A stretch of 47,981 nt of DNA from Faecousia sp. (GTDB lineage: Bacteria > Bacillota > Clostridia > Oscillospirales > Oscillospiraceae), in NCBI GenBank assembly GCA_045659325.1, contig JAZOWQ010000104.1, positions 1-47,981 of the forward strand, in the 5' to 3' direction. Positions 37,081 to 46,407 of this stretch are shown here, one piece after another. Position numbers and translations under genes: made by a program. The stretch's first letter is position 1. Every line of letters begins with the position of its first letter. The notes below the pieces were generated by a model. It was not told where the DNA came from. It made no database searches and saw only the letters and a program-made list of their open reading frames with translations.

Positions 37081-39975
37081 TTAGTTTTGCTTCGCAAGAA
37101 TATAAAGGGTGCCAATAATTGCATTATCGTTTTTTGATACGATAGAGAAATAATCTTTGGTGGTATCAGGCTGGGCGATAGTGCTCAGTGTACCATTGGT
37201 CAATTCAACATAGACCTTGCCTGCATCCTGGGCTGTAGGCAATTCTTCAGGTGTGCCCGTACCATAAGTTAGTCTAAACGGCTTTGTACCAGCAGGCAGA
37301 TTTTCCGGGACCACAGAAGTATCTTCTATGCCTTTAAGCTGGGTAAGGAAATCATCCAGTGTCATCAGACCCTCAGTACTGCCATAACCCTCGTCAACCT
37401 TGTTGAACCACGGATTCATATCCCATGTATCGTAGGCTGGAAGTTGATTATACCATTTGAGCAACAAGTTACCACTGATAGTCTCGGAATCAGTAACAGC
37501 GCTTACTCTAAGGAACATTTCATATGCCATTCCGTTGGCATCGAATAAAACATTTGCACCATGTACATAGATCTTGCTTATATCAGCTTGGCATAGTTCA
37601 GCAAAATCCTTCCCCACTTTCTCGTAATCAAATTGGCGGAACTGCTTAGGGAAGGCGTTGATCTGTTTGCACTCCGTCAGATCCCAATCAGCTTGGAAGA
37701 TATAGTTTGCATTGGAGGTCGCATTACCAGCCGCACCATAGATATGCTTATCATCGCTATAGAGAATATACCCGCTATAAAAATGATCATTCAGTACGCA
37801 TTCTTTTTGAACCTTGCCTGAAAAATCTACTGCAAAAATTTTTGTGCTACCATTTATTCCAACAAAGTAAATAAGATTATCATGGATCATAAACTGTTGC
37901 TCATAGTCAGCCATCTGCACTACAGGTGTAATACATCCATCCGGCTCTTCGTAACAGATGCTATAATCCGTTATTTCTCCCCGTTCTTCTGCATGGAGAA
38001 TAAAGGAATCAGCTTGACGCTGCTCAACCGGAATATGATTGTGCGTTGTTTCCTCTATATTGTTAATTTCATTGCCATTTTTGTCGAAAAGAGTCTGGGT
38101 CATCTTATCTGCATCATCTCCCAAAGTCCAACAGAAAAGGCTCATTGATTTATCTCCAGTTTGCATAGAAGCAGTGTTGTTAACAAGTTTGCCGTCCTTG
38201 AAATATTCACGCTGAATTTTGTGAAGATCCTCATTGCAACTGAGAATTACATCAAACGTAACATCATCCCTCATTTCTCCGTCTAAAGATAACACTGCAG
38301 GATGATCACAGAATACTATGCCGTTGTTCTTGTTGACTGCATCCTCATAAACATGATAATTCAACAAGCGGAACCCTGTCCCATTCGTCTCAAACACTGC
38401 AAAACCCATATCCTGATATTGGTTCATGTCAGAGCTATATCGAGCCATAAAACCAACTACTATAAAATCTGGATTATTGGGAGGTGTACAGAATTCAAAG
38501 CACTCAACCTTTCCAATTTCTTTTAAGGAGAGTTCCAGAAAATCATAAGAGATCATACCAGGGGAACTGCACTCAGACCCAAGTTTATATATCCACAGCA
38601 AAGAAACATCGGAAGAATATTCATCAGCATTCTCCGGCAATGTGCCACTTCCAAATGCCAGTAAAGTCTCACCTTTTTTTGTTTGCATTGCAATGAAGAA
38701 ATGGTTGATCTCTTTGCGTAGTACATATGCGTCTGTTATCTCTTGGATTTTAAAATCCGTCTTCCAACTTTCTTTTTGGCTTGCATACTTTTTCAGCATC
38801 TCAGCCGTAATTGGGTATGGTTCCATCTTTTCACCGAAAGACCAAGACTCTTCTCGATTTATCTGTGCATAAAGATGAAGGTCTCCCGTGATACAAAAAC
38901 GCGAATAGGTATCTGTATACTTTGGGCCAGTGGCATCATACAGCACCCTGTCAATGCCATAAGAGGCGCCCATCAGCCTTTCCTGGTTATTGCCTGCCGG
39001 ATTCGTTAGTAAGACCGCAGACACAACAACAGATGCTATTACAGTAAGTAGAATAATCCAAAACGCTGGTTTCTTATAGTTCATGACATGCTTGATCCTT
39101 TCCTTCACGCCTATCTCACCAAAGGCAAGAGGACAAGCGGCGATCCGGCGGCGATGAACACTGCAATGGAGAAGCGCGGTGGAGTAAGTACGCATTTCGT
39201 CCTTATCCATATGTTTAATGACCTTTTCATCGCAGGCAGCTTCAATATCTCTGCACAGCAGAATATAAGAAAGCCAAAGCACAGGGTTGAACCAGTGAAT
39301 GCTCAGCAGAAGGAATCCAATAGGCTTCCACCAATGATCTTTACGCTGGATATGCGCCTGCTCATGGGCGATCACATTCGCCATATCGGAGTCGTTAATT
39401 GCATAAGGTAGATAGATTCTCGGTTTGATGAATCCCAGGACAAAGGGCGAATCTACCTGTTCGCACTGCCAGACATTCTCCCGTAACTGGGTTGCTTCCT
39501 CCATCTTCTTCCGGAGAACAAGATAGCTGACAGCGGTATAGGTAATCATCAAAACCATACCGCCCACCCAGACCCAGCTCAGGACCGGATATACCGTCTC
39601 AGCTACTGTTTTGGGTGCCTCTAAGGAATCTTTCTCCGTGACAACATAATTGCCATCATTGGAGCGGATAGGCTGCCTTCCGGCTTCAATAGCATTGCTA
39701 TAATCAGCATTACTTTCGTAGATGATATCCACATCACCGATGTACTCGTTACCTACATTCGTGATGATTTGCCCAGTAGCAAGCTTGTCTGGCACGAGAG
39801 ATATATCGCTCTTAATGGAGACTGGACAAATTAGCCTCAACGCTACAATACCCCAAAGCACACAGAACAGCCATTTGGGTGCTTTGCGGAAGATAAGCCG
39901 CACCAGCATAACTGCAGCGGCGAATAAGGAACCAATCAAACTGAGTTTGACCAATTCAAGAAATACGGTTTGCAT
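37081..39975 (-). CDS. BlaR1/MecR1-like M56 metallopeptidase sensor, 964 aa, non-PBP extracellular region
   Basis: SPFVLG..KPRIYLP, HEQAH, HWFNPV, EAACDE, VKERI. Confidence 0.92.
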   Translation of the reverse strand: MQTVFLELVKLSLIGSLFAAAVMLVRLIFRKAPKWLFCVLWGIVALRLICPVSIKSDISLVPDKLATGQIITNVGNEYIGDVDIIYESNADYSNAIEAGRQPIRSNDGNYVVTEKDSLEAPKTVAETVYPVLSWVWVGGMVLMITYTAVSYLVLRKKMEEATQLRENVWQCEQVDSPFVLGFIKPRIYLPYAINDSDMANVIAHEQAHIQRKDHWWKPIGFLLLSIHWFNPVLWLSYILLCRDIEAACDEKVIKHMDKDEMRTYSTALLHCSVHRRRIAACPLAFGEIGVKERIKHVMNYKKPAFWIILLTVIASVVVSAVLLTNPAGNNQERLMGASYGIDRVLYDATGPKYTDTYSRFCITGDLHLYAQINREESWSFGEKMEPYPITAEMLKKYASQKESWKTDFKIQEITDAYVLRKEINHFFIAMQTKKGETLLAFGSGTLPENADEYSSDVSLLWIYKLGSECSSPGMISYDFLELSLKEIGKVECFEFCTPPNNPDFIVVGFMARYSSDMNQYQDMGFAVFETNGTGFRLLNYHVYEDAVNKNNGIVFCDHPAVLSLDGEMRDDVTFDVILSCNEDLHKIQREYFKDGKLVNNTASMQTGDKSMSLFCWTLGDDADKMTQTLFDKNGNEINNIEETTHNHIPVEQRQADSFILHAEERGEITDYSICYEEPDGCITPVVQMADYEQQFMIHDNLIYFVGINGSTKIFAVDFSGKVQKECVLNDHFYSGYILYSDDKHIYGAAGNATSNANYIFQADWDLTECKQINAFPKQFRQFDYEKVGKDFAELCQADISKIYVHGANVLFDANGMAYEMFLRVSAVTDSETISGNLLLKWYNQLPAYDTWDMNPWFNKVDEGYGSTEGLMTLDDFLTQLKGIEDTSVVPENLPAGTKPFRLTYGTGTPEELPTAQDAGKVYVELTNGTLSTIAQPDTTKDYFSIVSKNDNAIIGTLYILAKQN

Positions 39976-39987
39976 ATCAGCACCTCC

Positions 39988-40338
39988 TTATCCCTGGATG
40001 ATGCGCTGGATCTCCTCAATGTCTTTTTCGGACAAGGCCTGCCGTTTACCGAACGCAGCAATAAAGGCAGGCAGAGATCCCTCAAAGGTTTTATTCATAA
40101 ACTCGTTCAGCTCTGCCAATTGGATCTGATCCTTGGAGAATAGAGAGGTAACTATCTTGTTTTCCACTTTCAGAACGCCACGCTCCTCCAGCCGTTTCAT
40201 AACAGTGTAGGCAGTGGTTTCCTTCCAACCCAACCTCTCCTTGCACAGGCGCACAAGCTCCGGGCTGCGGATTGGCTCCTTCTCCCACATGATCAGACAA
40301 AGTCTATATTCGCTTTCGTGGATCTTCGGTGTATCCAT
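39988..40338 (-). CDS. BlaI/MecI/CopY family repressor
   Basis: SEYRLCLIMW, WKETTAYTVMKRL, FEGSLPAFIAAF. Confidence 0.93.
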   Translation of the reverse strand: MDTPKIHESEYRLCLIMWEKEPIRSPELVRLCKERLGWKETTAYTVMKRLEERGVLKVENKIVTSLFSKDQIQLAELNEFMNKTFEGSLPAFIAAFGKRQALSEKDIEEIQRIIQG

Positions 40339-40353
40339 AACAGCGCCTCCTTT

Positions 40354-40409
40354 CCTCTACTGCGGTAGAGGTTTGATATAATTCTACTCCAGTAGAGAAA
40401 GAAAGTCAA
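40354..40409 (-). promoter_or_regulatory. Promoter with twin palindromic operators TCTAC-N4-GTAGA
   Basis: Operators at 40356-40369 and 40383-40396. TTGACT (40404-40409) N17 TAGAAT. Confidence 0.8.
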
Positions 40410-40479
40410 TAGGGTTTATGAAATTCTTGCGTAACATAAGGCCGCCCCCAATAAAGGAGGCGGCCCTTATAGATAGAAA

Positions 40480-40809
40480 CTATAGTCCGAAGTGAATAAC
40501 CCATTTATTCTCGTTAAGTGCTTTCTGCAAAAGCTGCTTGAGATCAGAAGGTTCATCGACAGTCTTAATAACCTCGATCATACGCTCTATAGATGCCGGA
40601 GGGATTAGTGTTATTCCGCAATAAGCAAGACCTTTCGCAGGCATATCGAGACTATGCCAATAAAACTCCACATCATTCAGTCTGGGAGCAATCTGTTCGA
40701 TGTAGTCGTCATCTACCGATATGCAGTTATACTTTTGGGGTTCATAAGCATCATATCGCACAGACGGCTTAGGATTATTCTTCATTATTCCGAATTCATG
40801 CTTTGCCAT
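40480..40809 (-). CDS. Hypothetical protein
   Basis: 109 aa, GGAG RBS, last gene of the ECF operon, terminator at ~40438-40468. Confidence 0.75.
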   Translation of the reverse strand: MAKHEFGIMKNNPKPSVRYDAYEPQKYNCISVDDDYIEQIAPRLNDVEFYWHSLDMPAKGLAYCGITLIPPASIERMIEVIKTVDEPSDLKQLLQKALNENKWVIHFGL

Positions 40810-40825
40810 GGGTATTATCTCCGTT

Positions 40826-41665
40826 TCACTTTCCCAGTTCTTCTTCCTTCTTTATGGCATCCATCTCGTCATAGTAGTCTTCTGCTGCATCGTTGGATGC
40901 CTGGACACGCTCGGCAAGACCTTCCTCATAGATATCAGAACACAGGAAGTCCATCACTTCCACGCGGCCTTGCTTCCATTCTCCGCTTTCCGGCTTAGGA
41001 TACTCCAAGACACAGTCCATCACATAGAACCGCACACCGGCATCATCCAGCATGCCCTTAATATCCAAAATGATTTCCGCGAGTCGCTCTACCGTAACGG
41101 TATCATCATAGACATAGAGTGTAAGCTTGCCGGCCTTTGCTCCAAGCTCATTAACATCGTAGATGCCGTCCAGTTCCAGTTCGTTAGTAATTAGCGCATA
41201 GGGTGGCACCCCCTCTGCGTTTCGATACTCCTCTTGGATAAACTGCAGCTCGCCATAGTCAATATGGCTGTTATATGGGAATGACGGATTATCCAGAACC
41301 TTACCTACCGCAGTTCTATACTCTTCTTCAAGCCTGCGTGCAGTATTTCCTCTTTCGATGACATGAGCCTCATAGTAGTTTTGGATAATCTTACCGTCCA
41401 TACCGAGCATAAGGGTGAAGCTGCTGTCAGGACTGGACGGAGATGTAAAGTATGCGTTGTAACACACAAACTTAAAATTAAATGTTACACCATCCAACTG
41501 ATAGTCCATATCCGGATGGTTCTCTTTGATATATTGCTTGGCTGTATTGGTTGCCAGCATCTTGGAGATTGGGTTTCCTACAAGGCTGTTAGCAAAGATG
41601 CAAACACCAACGATCAGTGCCAGGGCAACAACAAATGCGGCGATTTTCAAAATCTTCTTTTTCAT
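40826..41665 (-). CDS. Membrane-anchored hypothetical protein (YfjL-like N-terminus)
   Basis: N-terminal TM followed by GNPIS...AKQYI; overlaps the upstream stop. Confidence 0.7.
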   Translation of the reverse strand: MKKKILKIAAFVVALALIVGVCIFANSLVGNPISKMLATNTAKQYIKENHPDMDYQLDGVTFNFKFVCYNAYFTSPSSPDSSFTLMLGMDGKIIQNYYEAHVIERGNTARRLEEEYRTAVGKVLDNPSFPYNSHIDYGELQFIQEEYRNAEGVPPYALITNELELDGIYDVNELGAKAGKLTLYVYDDTVTVERLAEIILDIKGMLDDAGVRFYVMDCVLEYPKPESGEWKQGRVEVMDFLCSDIYEEGLAERVQASNDAAEDYYDEMDAIKKEEELGK

Positions 41666-42216
41666 TCCTTACGCTCCTTTCTGAAAGCAAAGTGCAGCAG
41701 GAAAGCGATCAGCACACCAACTACTACAAATATACTATAAATTGCGGTCCAAGGGAATACCGAAATGAAATCGATCTCAGCAAAATGCAGGTGGTATGCC
41801 AGGAAATTAATGATCAGCAACAGGATCGGCATCTTGTAAAGAGCCTTCCACTTGAACACATAATAGCCAAACAAGCCAACGATCGGCATGATCACGCTGT
41901 TGTACATCAAGTCCTCTCCACCGGTCAGCGAGAAGCCCCAAAGGATAAAGAAGATGATGAGGCCATAGGAAAGACCATACATTTGCCGATTCAGTTTGCG
42001 CATAGCTTTCTTAAAGGGTTTCGCATCTGCTTGGTGTGTTTCTACAGGTGTATCCAGGACATCCAGCCGGCCAGTGTCGTTGAAGCTGGCATACTCATTC
42101 TGACAATCAGGACATTCTGCAAGGTGCTGCTTGATCCGTTCTGCAGTCTGATCACTTACCATGTTCTCTACATACAGCGGCAACAAATCACGAACGACAC
42201 AGCAATCCAGTTTCAT
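41662..42216 (-). CDS. Zinc-binding (zf-HC2/ZAS) membrane anti-sigma factor
   Basis: CCVVRDLLPLY...HLAECPDC motif followed by about 4 TMs. Confidence 0.88.
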   Translation of the reverse strand: MKLDCCVVRDLLPLYVENMVSDQTAERIKQHLAECPDCQNEYASFNDTGRLDVLDTPVETHQADAKPFKKAMRKLNRQMYGLSYGLIIFFILWGFSLTGGEDLMYNSVIMPIVGLFGYYVFKWKALYKMPILLLIINFLAYHLHFAEIDFISVFPWTAIYSIFVVVGVLIAFLLHFAFRKERKE

Positions 42217-42710
42217 CGTTCCATCTCCTCCAATCTTCCTATAATCATTTTTCTTGCCCGGTGATAGGTGACGCAGGCCCAGTTCTCGTTCTTTCCAAAG
42301 ATACTTCCAATCTGCTTGAAGCTCAGCTGAGCAAACACACGCCACATAAATACTTCTTTGTATGGCTCAGAAATATCATGCAAGACCTTTTGAATTCTCT
42401 GAACTTCCTCTTTGCGGATCAGCTGCTCCGCAAGTCCGGGCGCTGGATCAGGAAGGTTCTGCAGAGCATCAAGGTCCGTCTCCTGGACCTTTCCGGCCTT
42501 TTTGATATAGGTATAGTAGCAGTTCTTGGCAATCTGACAAAGCCAGACACGCACGTCACAGTCGCCCCGGAAGCTATCTATGGAATGCATTGCCTTGAAG
42601 AATGTTTCGCTGGTGATCTCTTCGGCTATATGTTCATCACCGGAGAGACGCCGGATGTACAGATACACATCGTTGAAGTATGTATTGTACAGCTTCTCAA
42701 AATCCGTCAC
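42213..42710 (-). CDS. ECF RNA polymerase sigma factor
   Basis: AEEITSETFFKA, WLCQIAKN, LSFKQIG..WACVTYHRAR. GTG start after GGGG RBS. Confidence 0.92.
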   Translation of the reverse strand: MTDFEKLYNTYFNDVYLYIRRLSGDEHIAEEITSETFFKAMHSIDSFRGDCDVRVWLCQIAKNCYYTYIKKAGKVQETDLDALQNLPDPAPGLAEQLIRKEEVQRIQKVLHDISEPYKEVFMWRVFAQLSFKQIGSIFGKNENWACVTYHRARKMIIGRLEEMER

Positions 42711-42839
42711 GCTATCACCCCCTTCACTCATAAGACTTCTAAAGATGAAAAACCTTACAAACTTTTTTCTATTATATCTTAAATTCTATATTTCTCCAAA
42801 CAAAAAGTGCAGCCCTAATTCCAGGGCTGCACCCAAGGT

Positions 42840-43697
42840 TTATTGTTTTTTCCTCTTTGCCAACAAATCTGCAATTAACCGTATGGTGAACACCAAGGCT
42901 ACAACCATTACGATACCTCTGACCCAGCCGGAAACAGCAGACACATATCTATAAGACTGCGGATATACGACAGCGTTCTGAGCTTCATAGGCAGGCAGAG
43001 CGAAAATGAACCAGGTAATTACATACACAACCCATCCGGAAATCGTGCCAATGAGGTTGCTGCGTATAGATCCCGGGAATACTTTTCGACTCCGAAGAGC
43101 AGTTACAATCGTAAGAACAGCAAACACTGCCAGAAGGCACCATGCTACGATCAAATGGATTGTCCATTCGCCTGCATAGATGTGCGGATAGAAAACATAT
43201 TGCCAATTAACTCCGGAAGCAAATCTCAGGTAGATCTCAATGAATAAGTAAACCACCCAGGCACACCAAAGCCCAGCATTTTTCCTTACCATGAGGCAAA
43301 TCAATCCGCAAACTACGAAGGGAGCAGCCAGTACCAGGCCAGCAACAATATCGCCGAAGAGTGCAATCATAAGCCACAGCAAAGCCGAGAAGCAAAGAAG
43401 AACAACACCAGCGACTTTCTGTGCAGAACTGGGAGCGGAACGCTCAACATAAACAACCTTAGTCTCCTGTGGCTCAGGCTCAGCGACTTGTTCTGCCTGT
43501 GTCTTATCCAATACAAGTTCATCTAAAGATACTCCAAAAATCTTACTAAGCTTAATCAGCTTATCCAGTTCCGGAACAGATCCGTTCGTCTCCCATTTGG
43601 AAATAGACTGCCGGGATACCTCCAAGGCATCTGCCAGATCGCCTTGTGACATTTCTTTCTCGGTACGGAGTTTATATATTCTTTCGCCTAGATTCAT
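42840..43697 (-). CDS. XRE-family HTH regulator fused to a multi-TM domain
   Basis: SQGDLADALEVSRQSISKWE..PELDKL plus about 6 TMs. AGGAGG RBS. Confidence 0.9.
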   Translation of the reverse strand: MNLGERIYKLRTEKEMSQGDLADALEVSRQSISKWETNGSVPELDKLIKLSKIFGVSLDELVLDKTQAEQVAEPEPQETKVVYVERSAPSSAQKVAGVVLLCFSALLWLMIALFGDIVAGLVLAAPFVVCGLICLMVRKNAGLWCAWVVYLFIEIYLRFASGVNWQYVFYPHIYAGEWTIHLIVAWCLLAVFAVLTIVTALRSRKVFPGSIRSNLIGTISGWVVYVITWFIFALPAYEAQNAVVYPQSYRYVSAVSGWVRGIVMVVALVFTIRLIADLLAKRKKQ

Positions 43698-43960
43698 AGC
43701 CATTCCTCCTTGCTTATTTGCTCTAAGTATAGCAGTGGAATAGCCAAAAGTCCACCAAGCAGACTTGGAAATGTTAGCAACTGACAGTTGCACACACGCA
43801 AAACCACATGTTTGCTGAAAAAGGCACTGCATTTCTGCGTTGCCTTTACCGTTATTGAATTTCTCTCCTCCTGCTTTGACTGGACATTCTCTAACAAAAC
43901 TAATATAATTAAACTAGCGCGCATACATAATTCACCATTAAATTTTTTGGAGTTGATGAA

Positions 43961-45148
43961 ATGTCAGACTATTGGCCTCAATCTGGACAATCTTTATTTG
44001 ATATTAGAAACCCCACATATACAGTTCATATCAAATGGCAGCGGAAATACTATGAAGATTATCGCAGCTTAACGTTTGATTATGCAAAATGCGGGATTGC
44101 TGTTTTGGCAGAAGTGATCAATAGCGGACACGACAACATAAAATCTGATGCTTGGTTCCTTTCTGGTATATATCTATTGCGTCAGGCCTTGGAGTTAGGC
44201 CTAAAATCTCTTATATGCCGCATTGCGTCTAACACACCGTTTATCCAGTCTATCTTTGAGTCTTGTCAGCACGACCTCGAGCAATTATTTCAAGTATATT
44301 CCACTGGCAAGGAGACATATTTATCTCCGGATGAACAGGCGTGGCTATCTGCATATCTTGCATCATTGGAGCTTGTTGACAAAAAATCGGATATGTTCCG
44401 TTTTCCTTTTGATGATGCCTTTCTCTCTCAATACCGCGACAAATTCTTAGACAATGTCGCTGTCGCAAATAATCTTGTGCAGGCCATGGATCTTATTGAG
44501 AAATGCTTAAATTGTGGACAAACTTCTCAGGATGATGACTTCGATGCAAAGCTCCCCCCTACATTCTTCGTTTTCGCGTCTCACGGATTTGGTAATTGCT
44601 ACTTATGGCAGCCCATATCCGACGAAGGCTTTTTCATCAAGATTCAGGGATATAATGACGTTGCACAGTTTTTGTTTGAGCAATGCCCTACCATTACGCT
44701 GAAAGAGAAAACATTTCCCTTGCTATTTCTTTTGCGGAACTCTATCGAGCTTGGCTTAAAGCAGTTGTTTTACTCTCGCACTGAGCACGGTCTGGATCGC
44801 AAGGTGTTCTTTTCAAAGAGAAATAGTCACAAAATTGGAAAGGATCTTTGGCCGAGTGTCCGACCTGTCATTGAGCATTATGCCACAGCATCCGGAGAGG
44901 ACACCACCATTCTCACTATTGTTGAATCATACATCTTAGAGATTGAAACGCTCGATAAAAATGGAGATATTTTTCGATATCCCACATCCTATAGTCTTGA
45001 ATATCGGTTAGATGGCAAGACACTTGACATCTTAAATGTCTATCACTTTATGCTTGGAATTATTAGCTTTCTCAACGGGTGCAATGCTATGCTCGATAAC
45101 ATTGCTGATTTCGAATCGGATATGCGTAGCGATTACGGCTACGATTAG
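43961..45148 (+). CDS. Hypothetical protein with two tandem HEPN-like repeats
   Basis: LLRQALELGLK..HDL..DKKSDMFRFP and LLRNSIELGLK..SHKI..DKNGDIFRYP. Confidence 0.6.
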   Translation: MSDYWPQSGQSLFDIRNPTYTVHIKWQRKYYEDYRSLTFDYAKCGIAVLAEVINSGHDNIKSDAWFLSGIYLLRQALELGLKSLICRIASNTPFIQSIFESCQHDLEQLFQVYSTGKETYLSPDEQAWLSAYLASLELVDKKSDMFRFPFDDAFLSQYRDKFLDNVAVANNLVQAMDLIEKCLNCGQTSQDDDFDAKLPPTFFVFASHGFGNCYLWQPISDEGFFIKIQGYNDVAQFLFEQCPTITLKEKTFPLLFLLRNSIELGLKQLFYSRTEHGLDRKVFFSKRNSHKIGKDLWPSVRPVIEHYATASGEDTTILTIVESYILEIETLDKNGDIFRYPTSYSLEYRLDGKTLDILNVYHFMLGIISFLNGCNAMLDNIADFESDMRSDYGYD

Positions 45149-45163
45149 TCAAGAGAATATACG

Positions 45164-45197
45164 AAAGAGTGCGTCGAGTCGTCTCGACGCACTCTTC
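45164..45197. terminator. Bidirectional terminator
   Basis: aagagtgcgtcgag-tcgt-ctcgacgcactctt. Confidence 0.8.
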
Positions 45198-46133
45198 TTA
45201 TGAATGGATTACTAGTTCTTCAATCTTCGTCTTCAGCGCAGCAATCTGCTTGTTGGCTGCCTGGTCCATACTGGTGAGCTTATTCATTGCCTGTTCAATC
45301 TTGTAACGGACGGACATAACAGAAGACTGAGATTCACTGATACGGTCACCAACCGCCCAGTCGGCAAACAGTCCATCGAAGAAGTAATCTGCGAATCTGA
45401 GGAAGCCGTCCACGTTGACCTGCATATTAGCCTGGATGTTGATATCTGCCAGCTCCGTTTTGAACTTACGGAGCATTCCCTGCAGGGCCATGATATTCGC
45501 CTGAGCATCATCCAGGTGTCCGTGCTTTGCCATGTGGGTGATGATACCACCGCCGCCGAACATATCCCAAGTATTCCAGTCTTGTGCACTCTTTAGCTCA
45601 GAGAGCACTTCATCTGCGGCACGCAGGGCATTCCGACCGGCAGACTGTGCTTCCCGGATCTCCCGTTTCTGGCTTTCCAAAAATACGATCTTCTCTTCCA
45701 ACTCCAGGATATCTGCTCCTGCGGGAGTGCCGGATTCCTTTACCTCTGCGCGTTTCTTTGCCAATGCGGAGTCATAGGCATTCTCACAACCGTACAGTTC
45801 GCTGAGCTGGGACTGGATTTCCTGGATCTCACAGTCCACTGCAGCCAGTTCACGCTCGGCCGCATCCAGCTTCACTCTGGCAGCGGCAGCCTGACTGCGC
45901 TCCTCTGTAAGCTTGTCATCCAGCTTGCCGATGACCTGATAGAAGTAGTTGGCCAGGCTCTTTCCTTCCAGCTTTTCCACATCTTCCTGCTCGCTTTTAT
46001 AGACAACACGAAGTTCGATCACTCTTTTATCGTAGACTTTCCGCTGATCCCGGAGGTCATTCAGTTTTGCCTCAAGCTGCTTTTTAAGGGCAACCTTTTG
46101 CTGTAATTGCTGCAAGTTGTTGTCGTAAGACAT
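45198..46133 (-). CDS. Coiled-coil hypothetical protein
   Basis: Heptad-rich, with motifs W.TWDMFGGG and FADYFFDGLFADW. GGAGG RBS. Confidence 0.8.
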   Translation of the reverse strand: MSYDNNLQQLQQKVALKKQLEAKLNDLRDQRKVYDKRVIELRVVYKSEQEDVEKLEGKSLANYFYQVIGKLDDKLTEERSQAAAARVKLDAAERELAAVDCEIQEIQSQLSELYGCENAYDSALAKKRAEVKESGTPAGADILELEEKIVFLESQKREIREAQSAGRNALRAADEVLSELKSAQDWNTWDMFGGGGIITHMAKHGHLDDAQANIMALQGMLRKFKTELADINIQANMQVNVDGFLRFADYFFDGLFADWAVGDRISESQSSVMSVRYKIEQAMNKLTSMDQAANKQIAALKTKIEELVIHS

Positions 46134-46170
46134 GATTACACCTCCACATTAAGCTCCTGTGATCACAGCT

Positions 46171-46395
46171 TTATTTTTGCTCTTCCGTATCCGGTTCCTT
46201 GGGCACAGTACGGTTGGATACAATGGTATAAAAACCACCGAAGATGCCGATTGTCAATCCCGCCAACCCCGCATATACCATGATAACAGCAAAAGGACTA
46301 TACTGATTCCCGGAAAGGACATAAGCCAAAAGGATCAGGGCCGTAGAAGCTACGATCCAAAAGATATATACTGCAAGTTTCCAGATTCGTTCCAT
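46171..46395 (-). CDS. Small two-TM membrane protein
   Basis: 74 aa, AGGAGGG RBS, in operon order. Confidence 0.65.
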   Translation of the reverse strand: MERIWKLAVYIFWIVASTALILLAYVLSGNQYSPFAVIMVYAGLAGLTIGIFGGFYTIVSNRTVPKEPDTEEQK

Positions 46396-46407
46396 AGTAG
46401 TCCCTCC

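Noticed and set aside
32126-40338. Beta-lactam resistance locus (bla/mec)
   Set aside because: No beta-lactamase or PBP2a, and the sensors lack a recognisable penicillin-binding domain.
43755-43791. Short palindromes upstream of the XRE gene as operators
   Set aside because: Plausible, but the two palindromes disagree in spacing and sequence; not enough support.
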